DNA of 57,075 nt, the filler included, from Sphacelaria rigidula (lineage: Eukaryota), in assembly GCA_964200075.2 (NCBI GenBank). It is 8 parts of 8 records of this genome, joined end to end, with 100 filler letters (N's around TTAATTAATTAA, not from the genome) between each part and the next. Parts side by side here need not be neighbours in the genome. Positions count along the whole stretch, not along the records: positions 50,030 to 57,075 come from CAXNAA020016774.1; 7 more parts are not named here. One strand, written 5' to 3'. Below, piece after piece: positions 51,143 to 57,075 of the stretch. Both the position numbers and the translations under genes were made by a program. The notes below the pieces were generated by a model, which saw only the letters and a program-made list of their open reading frames with translations, made no database searches and was not told the DNA's origin. The first letter of the stretch is position 1, and every line of letters starts with the position of its first letter.

Positions 51143-54100
51143 GAGCAAAGAAAGCGAGGGAAAGTGCCCAGGCTCGGCGCCATCTGCTCGCTCAGCTACG
51201 GGCCCACAACATGGTGATGAGGATATGGCGCAGGAGACAGGGAAGAGCACAACTACAGGTGTGGCGGGAAACAACCTGCGTGATCTTTGGCGTTGCCGAA
51301 GCGACAGCAGAGACTGCATATCTGCTTTTGCATCACAAATTTCGAGAACCATGGATGCGTGATCTCACGAAGTTCCTCGGCGATGGCGAGTGGAGGAGCC
51401 CCAAACCCTGAAACGCCCGATACACAATTGCAATAAGCACTAGCCACGCTTGACCTCAACGGGAACGGAAGTCGTCGGTCAACCGATGGGGTGATTGAAA
51501 ACATTCCCGTGGCTAAAAAAACAGTCCCGTGACGAATGTACAAACAAGAGAGAACGGCAGTTCCTTTTTTTCGTCGGTAATGTACCCTACTGGCAACCGC
51601 CCGCACGCGTCCCCTCTCCTAGAAATTACCTCTGAAGGCATAGAGGACAGAGCAGGACAGTGTGGGAGAAAACCCGAAAACGTTGGCCCTGTAAACTGCA
51701 TTTTCAGGGGGGTAGGCTTCCGCACAGCCGGAGCACCGCAAAAGGTAGAGAGCGGCCGGGGGAGGGTAAAAAAAGAACCGAGGGCGGGAACGAGTTGAGA
51801 TCGAGTAAAAAAGACGAGGCCGGCGGGGGGAAGGGGGGGGTAGGGTATCTTTTGGCATGTTTTGGAGAACCCCATTTGTTTTCTTTTGGTTCCCCTACAA
51901 AATGTTATTTTCTATTTTCAGGATCCCCTGTTTGTTCACTGTTTGTGAGATGTATATACCGGCATTGGGCTCGAACTTCCAAATGGAAAAAACGAGTGTC
52001 GGATTTTTTACTGTGAGGAACACTCGTTGAAGAAGAAACCAAATCGCGAAAAAGAGTTCGCGTCGGCATCATCATCAAAAAGGTTAAAAATGGGCACTCA
52101 GTTGATGACAAAAGGGGTACAGTAGATAATGCACAAGAGAATCACCTTATCGATAACGTGATGCGGGTACGGGAGATTCTACGGTAGGTGACTGAGGCTG
52201 CACACTAAGGCCGGAATGTTTGTCACCGACAGGCTCCTAAATAAAGTGCCGATACTTGAAACAAAACAAAATGTGCACCCCTACTGTAGAACCACTCTTA
52301 CCCGGCCGATCTTCTGTCCAGATTACGGAACACTCGACACTTTGTACGATAGCCCCCCCACAAAAAATGGTCAACGGTCAAACGACTAAGGCCAGCAGAA
52401 AATGAGCACGCCCCCCCCCCTCAGAAAAAAAAGTGACCGGTTTCGGGACGCAAAATCTACACGTAAATTGAAATGGAGAAAGCCGAGAACAAGGAGCAGC
52501 CGGAAATTCTCACGCTTGAGTTCGTTTTCGCCAATGTCGCCTATATGAGGCGCTTCATTCAGCCTGAAACTAGACATGAGGCGCTGTATGGCCATTTTCT
52601 TCGTGGCAGTTTTGGGCTGTTTTGTTTTTTGGGGGGGGGGATATCGTAGAAAGTCTCACTCTTGGTTTCCTGTCTCCCGTCGGGAGAACTAGTACATTCT
52701 GTCACTCTCGCACCCCCACCTTCATCATCGTACCATCCCTGCGTGTAGGATGACAATACTACAAAGGTTCGGGGTTCCACGCAACACCGGAGTCGCTGGA
52801 TCACCCTCCCCGCGTGCGCGGTTAGCAGCAAAGACATGGGTGTAGCGTAAGGAGACTCGAGAAGTCAGTATTTTGCCACGTTTGGAAGGGTCGCGCCGAT
52901 CGACCTTCCTGTGGTTGGCCTCCGAGCGGCTTGTATTCTCGTACTGTAAACTCGGTGAGATGGAACTAGGGCGAGGATACATGTTCAAAACTTGACGGAT
53001 ATGTATAGTATATATACATATATACATATATATATATATATCACCCCTTAAGCGACACCTTTGCAGAAAACAACCTCAATGAAAGGCTCCGTTGTGTTAA
53101 AAAAATGTTGGAATTATTTCTGAAAAACCTTGAGCTTTCCGTCAGTTCCTCTCTGTTCGTGACATCCGAACAGAAGTCAAATTATTTATAGGTTCATGAC
53201 CCATACTTTGGCTCCCCCTGCCATATTTCCACATTCCATCTCAACGTAGCACAACAGCACTCCAAAACGCGCCAGGATTATCATGAGCTCCCTCAAAAAG
53301 CAGCAAGCATCGCATGTACAGTGCTATGCAGCCGAGGTGCGTGCTCGCGGTACAAGGGTCATGGGGGCACCAAAATGCACGAAACACGCACAAGTATGCA
53401 AGGGTGGGGCGAATTCATGATTCGTCTAGAAATTACTTGATTTTAGTGTAGTTGATTCGTACCGTACGAATCAATTCTCAAGTTTTGTTTTCAGCGTTGC
53501 AACCCAGATAGGCGCGTCCCAGGGACGCGGATGGCACGAAAATTGCGCAAAGACCTTCTTGACCAGCGGTCAACTTTTTTCTGTCTTTCGAGCAATCACG
53601 CCGGGAAAATCGTAGATTTGGTCATTCGAACCGGCGATGACTCGTCCACATCGTGCGAGTGTTGGTTTTCGGAGGCGCACACCGAAGTGTTTCTGCGGTA
53701 GATTTGATTGATTTTGATTTTGATTTTGATTTTGATTTGAATTTTAATGTTATTATTATTTTTATCTTTAATTTTATCTTTGTTTTTATTGATTGATTGT
53801 GGCACTTTAACCGATGCCCCAGGGGTCATGATCCAGCCGTGGTCACGTGATAAACGTACAATAAATACTCAAGACAAAACAAGACTGAAACTCTCGCTGC
53901 AAAATAAGCGGAAACACCGGGAAAAATGTAGAACAGAACACCGTCATAGGTAGGGGTGCACGTTTTTTATTTATTTTTCTGAGGCTGTGCAGTTTCGGAT
54001 CCTTTCGATGATCAAGATCTGGGCTTTTAGTGTGCAGCCCTCAGAAAACGTTTGGACTCAGATGGGCATCCCTGCCGTGGAATCACCCATTACGCCAAGT

Positions 54101-55122
54101 CGAAAACACAGAAACTCTGCATGGGAGTCGTGGCAAGGCGGGGGAGCACAAATATTTTCTGGGCCGGCGTACTGGAGTTGGAGTATAGACTCTCGCGCAG
54201 TCGCACTATGGTTTAGTCAGCTAGGACGAAGTTTCGTCCGAGCGTGAGCCGATCCTCTCCTCGCAGCCGAACTCCACAAAATCGTAAAAAGTGTTCATTG
54301 CTTTGTTTCTCAAACGTTCAAGTACGTACCCCCAGCATGTTTTTGCCCCCAAAAGTGCAGCCCTAACGGAACATGACCCATGATGGCCCCGGGAAAAGCA
54401 ACGTACCAGTTTTCTCAAGAGACAAGAAGAAAGAAAAGAACCTTGAACAAAAACCATCTACTTGTACGAACAGCGTGCGACAACGACAGAAGTCGGGAAG
54501 CATAGCGCGCTTCCTCACCACGCAAAACGCCCCCCGGCAAGAGTCATGCCACGGTGGGTTCGTACAAAAGATTTTCCCAAGGTTAAATTGTCAGGAGCCC
54601 GCCGTCTTATCCCAAAAAATCAACTCGTGAAACATGTGAGAGTGCGCAGCGATCAGTATTCCAATGATCTAGGGATGATATTTCCAAAGGACATTTAAAC
54701 AGGAAGATCCTGATCCCATATTCTTGTGTGGCTTCGTAGTTGAGGAGCCCATCGATGAGAAGCATCTAGGCGCGAATGTGCAACCCCTATTGTGACATGA
54801 CTCGTCAGAAGAAATGGACGGAAGCATAACTACCAGATGCGGAAGGGTGCAAAGCCACCTCAAGAGTGTTCAACCATTTTTTTTCTCCTCTTACCATCGA
54901 CTTTGGCGTCCTTAATCAGATGGATGCACAGTTACTTTATGCCCCTCTGAAAACAAAAACACTCTATGAAATCGGACTGGGAACGCGTCGGCGTTTTTGT
55001 TTATCGTGCATGCATGCAAGCAGGCGCTGCAAATGTTGAAGGATGAGAGGGCTAACGCGACGGTGCGTATACAAAAGATCTGGAGAGCAGCCATCGCGAG
55101 GAGCACCGCTACGCGACTCAGG
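51143..55122 (+). CDS. Possible IQ-motif protein, scattered small exons
   Basis: Exon-like segments ~51143-51258 (VMRIWRRRQGR), ~53874-53950 and ~55024-55122 (ATVRIQKIWRAAIAR) have plausible splice sites. The model is incomplete. Confidence 0.3.
52335..52658. mobile_element. MITE carrying a LINE family A fragment (52368-52410) inserted in the C-run of its left TIR
   Basis: Collinear with the empty copy 55285-55538 except for the insert and a duplicated C-run/A-run. Confidence 0.8.
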
Positions 55123-55284
55123 AGGTCTGTTCATGCTGTTTCATCCGATCAAGAGGAACCGAAGCGGTGGTACATGAGAGGAAAATTTCACAACACCCCC
55201 GTGTTATCACGAAATAATTGACTGCTGCGCGTTAACTGATCCCCGAGGAACCTAGACATGGAAATTATCCACAAGGTAGACGTA

Positions 55285-55538
55285 CGACACTTTCTACGAT
55301 AGCCCCCCCCAAAAGTGCCTGGTTTGGAGAGGCAAAATGTTCACGAAAATCGAAGTGGAAAAAGCCGAGCACAACGAGCAGCTGGGAATTCTCACGCCTC
55401 GGTTTTTTCTCGCCAATGTCGCCCATATATGAGGCGGTTCATGCAGCCTGGGCCCAAACATCAGGCGCTGTATGTCCATTTTTTTCGTGATATTTTTGGG
55501 CTCGTTTTTTTGGGGGGGGGCTATCGTAGAAAGTGTCG
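55285..55538. mobile_element. MITE with perfect TIR CGACACTTTCTACGATAGCCCCCCCC
   Basis: 26-bp perfect TIRs seen directly. Confidence 0.88.
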
Positions 55539-55809
55539 CAGTACCTAACGTAAACAAGAGGAGGTCATTCGCTGAAGAAAACTGAAGAAAACTGAAGGGT
55601 CGCGCAGACAAACGGCTAAAAGGGAAGACACTCACAAGCGAGCAAGCAAGCACTAGACAAAGAAAGAAAAAAAATGATCGACCTATGCAACATGGCTTCA
55701 GGTGGAGAAGGTCTTGTGCAAAAAAAGCAGATGCACTCACATTCAAACGAAGACAGAAAAGCCGTGGGAACAGATTGTGGCTCAGCAATTTCGATCACAC
55801 TATACTATA

Positions 55810-56021
55810 AATTCGACTTAACGGCCAACGAGGGAAAGGGGCTGCTGTACCCCTCTCGCGATAAAAAATGAAGGCAAGCACCGCAGAAGGAAGGTGGAGT
55901 ACTAAGAACAAATAAAAAGGAAAAGTTCCTGCGTTGACCTTCCTCCTGTGTGACCCCGGCTGGTGCGCCCACATGTACCGAAAGGTGTAGCCCAGCGTCC
56001 AGAATAGATTGGACGACAACA
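55810..56021 (+). mobile_element. 5'-truncated SINE copy
   Basis: Aligns with the SINE body and tail. Confidence 0.8.
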
Positions 56022-56910
56022 CTGCAGGTATGGATGGACTCTCACCCACAACACTGAAGCTCAAATCTCGGTGACGGGGGGGGAGGTACTGTTCCAAATT
56101 CCATTGTTGGGCTACCATGCGTAGTCAAACCTCCATAAATGAGGTTGGTTGACGTGTTGAGACTATAACATGTCGCTGGGCTCGGAGCAGGTGTGCACGA
56201 TGTTTTCGAGAGATCGGCACGAGTTGATCTCGAGTCAGAATAACCGGCCCGACGTGGTAAGTAAGAAAAATGTTGTAGTAAGGAAGCTGAGTGTTGGAAA
56301 TACTCGCAGACCATCTTGCATCCTGACGTACGGGTGTGGAGAAAATGATCGATTCATCTCACGAGTTATCTATGTACGTTGATTGATTTCAGCAGCTAGG
56401 GCAGGTGCTTGCAGAGGCCTCAGTAGGGTTGCTAATGCGGTTCCCCGCCAGTATGTGGCATGATTCGCAGTTTGATGCCTCGCTTCCGTAGGGGTCATGG
56501 GTGAGAGCTCATACCCAAAAATAGTGTGGAAGATATAGATAAACCTCAATCTGCCCCCACGACATTTTTTTTCTTTCTTCTCAATTGGGTATGAACGCGT
56601 GTGCTGTTGCGCAGGACTTTTTTTCCCACCTGAGGCTATGTTGAAAAACCGACCATTCTACTTTTTGTTTTGTTTCGTTTGTTTATTCGTTGTTGTTATT
56701 GCGACTGTTTGTGTACCTTCTTTTTTTTCTTTGAGTCTACTCTTTGTGTCTGTTCCACCATTCTGTTTTTTTCTCACGTACGTCTCGTGTATCTTGTGGA
56801 TAATGACTACGACTGGATCATGACTATCCGCGGGATCACTTCATATGCGAAAATCAACCAATAATTAACCAATCAATCGGTTATAAAAGACCAATAGGGG
56901 GAGGGGGTGG

Positions 56911-56977
56911 CGTACTCATTTGTTGCTTGCCTCAGTCGTTTGACCATTGACCACGCATCCCTTTTCAGACGGAGCAC
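56911..56977 (-). mobile_element. LINE family A fragment with ~22-bp TSD, inserted at the C-run tailing a family C fragment
   Basis: AAAAGACCAATAGGGGGAGGGGG (56885-56907) and AAAAGGCCAATAGGGGAGGGGG (56978-56999) flank it. Confidence 0.85.
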
Positions 56978-57007
56978 AAAAGGCCAATAGGGGAGGGGGG
57001 GGGGGGG

Positions 57008-57066
57008 TGTACTAAAGAGCATGCCTGCCTTGGTCATCAGACCGTTGACCCGGCATTCCCACAAAG
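57008..57066 (-). mobile_element. LINE-like family C 3' fragment between G-runs
   Basis: CTTTGTGGGAATGCCGGGTCAACGGTCTGATGACCAAGGCAGGCATGCTCTTTAGTACA + C-run; collinear with families A and B. Confidence 0.65.
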
Positions 57067-57075
57067 GTGGGGGGG

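Noticed and set aside
57020-57050. Hammerhead ribozyme (CTGATGA core on minus strand)
   Set aside because: There is no GAAA or flanking stems in the required arrangement, and the motif is not kept in family A.

Overview
Eukaryotic, intron-rich, repeat-rich DNA. The GT-AG introns, long G/C tracts and gene content suggest a stramenopile, probably a brown alga (inference). The window is NOT one locus. It is eight sequences of 7047 bp (the last 7046 bp) joined by identical 100-bp N44-TTAATTAATTAA-N44 spacers, most likely size-sorted unplaced contigs, so no linkage can be read across spacers. Supported genes, all partial and on the minus strand: a TPR + OGT/SPINDLY-like (GT41) gene, a JmjC dioxygenase, an ISWI/SNF2 remodeler and a thioredoxin exon. 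Weaker plus-strand exons encode a zinc finger and IQ motifs. Mobile DNA: a tRNA-derived SINE (8 copies), several MITE families (Stowaway-like, TA-flanked, foldback, telomere-motif-bearing), degenerate LINE and pogo-like relics, and a pseudogenised multi-zinc-finger, possibly P-element-like gene. Most interesting signal: three related LINE 3'-end families with no poly(A). They end in AGTAC(G/A) directly against C-runs. Target-site duplications and an empty-site paralog indicate that they insert into, and duplicate, poly-C/poly-G tracts.
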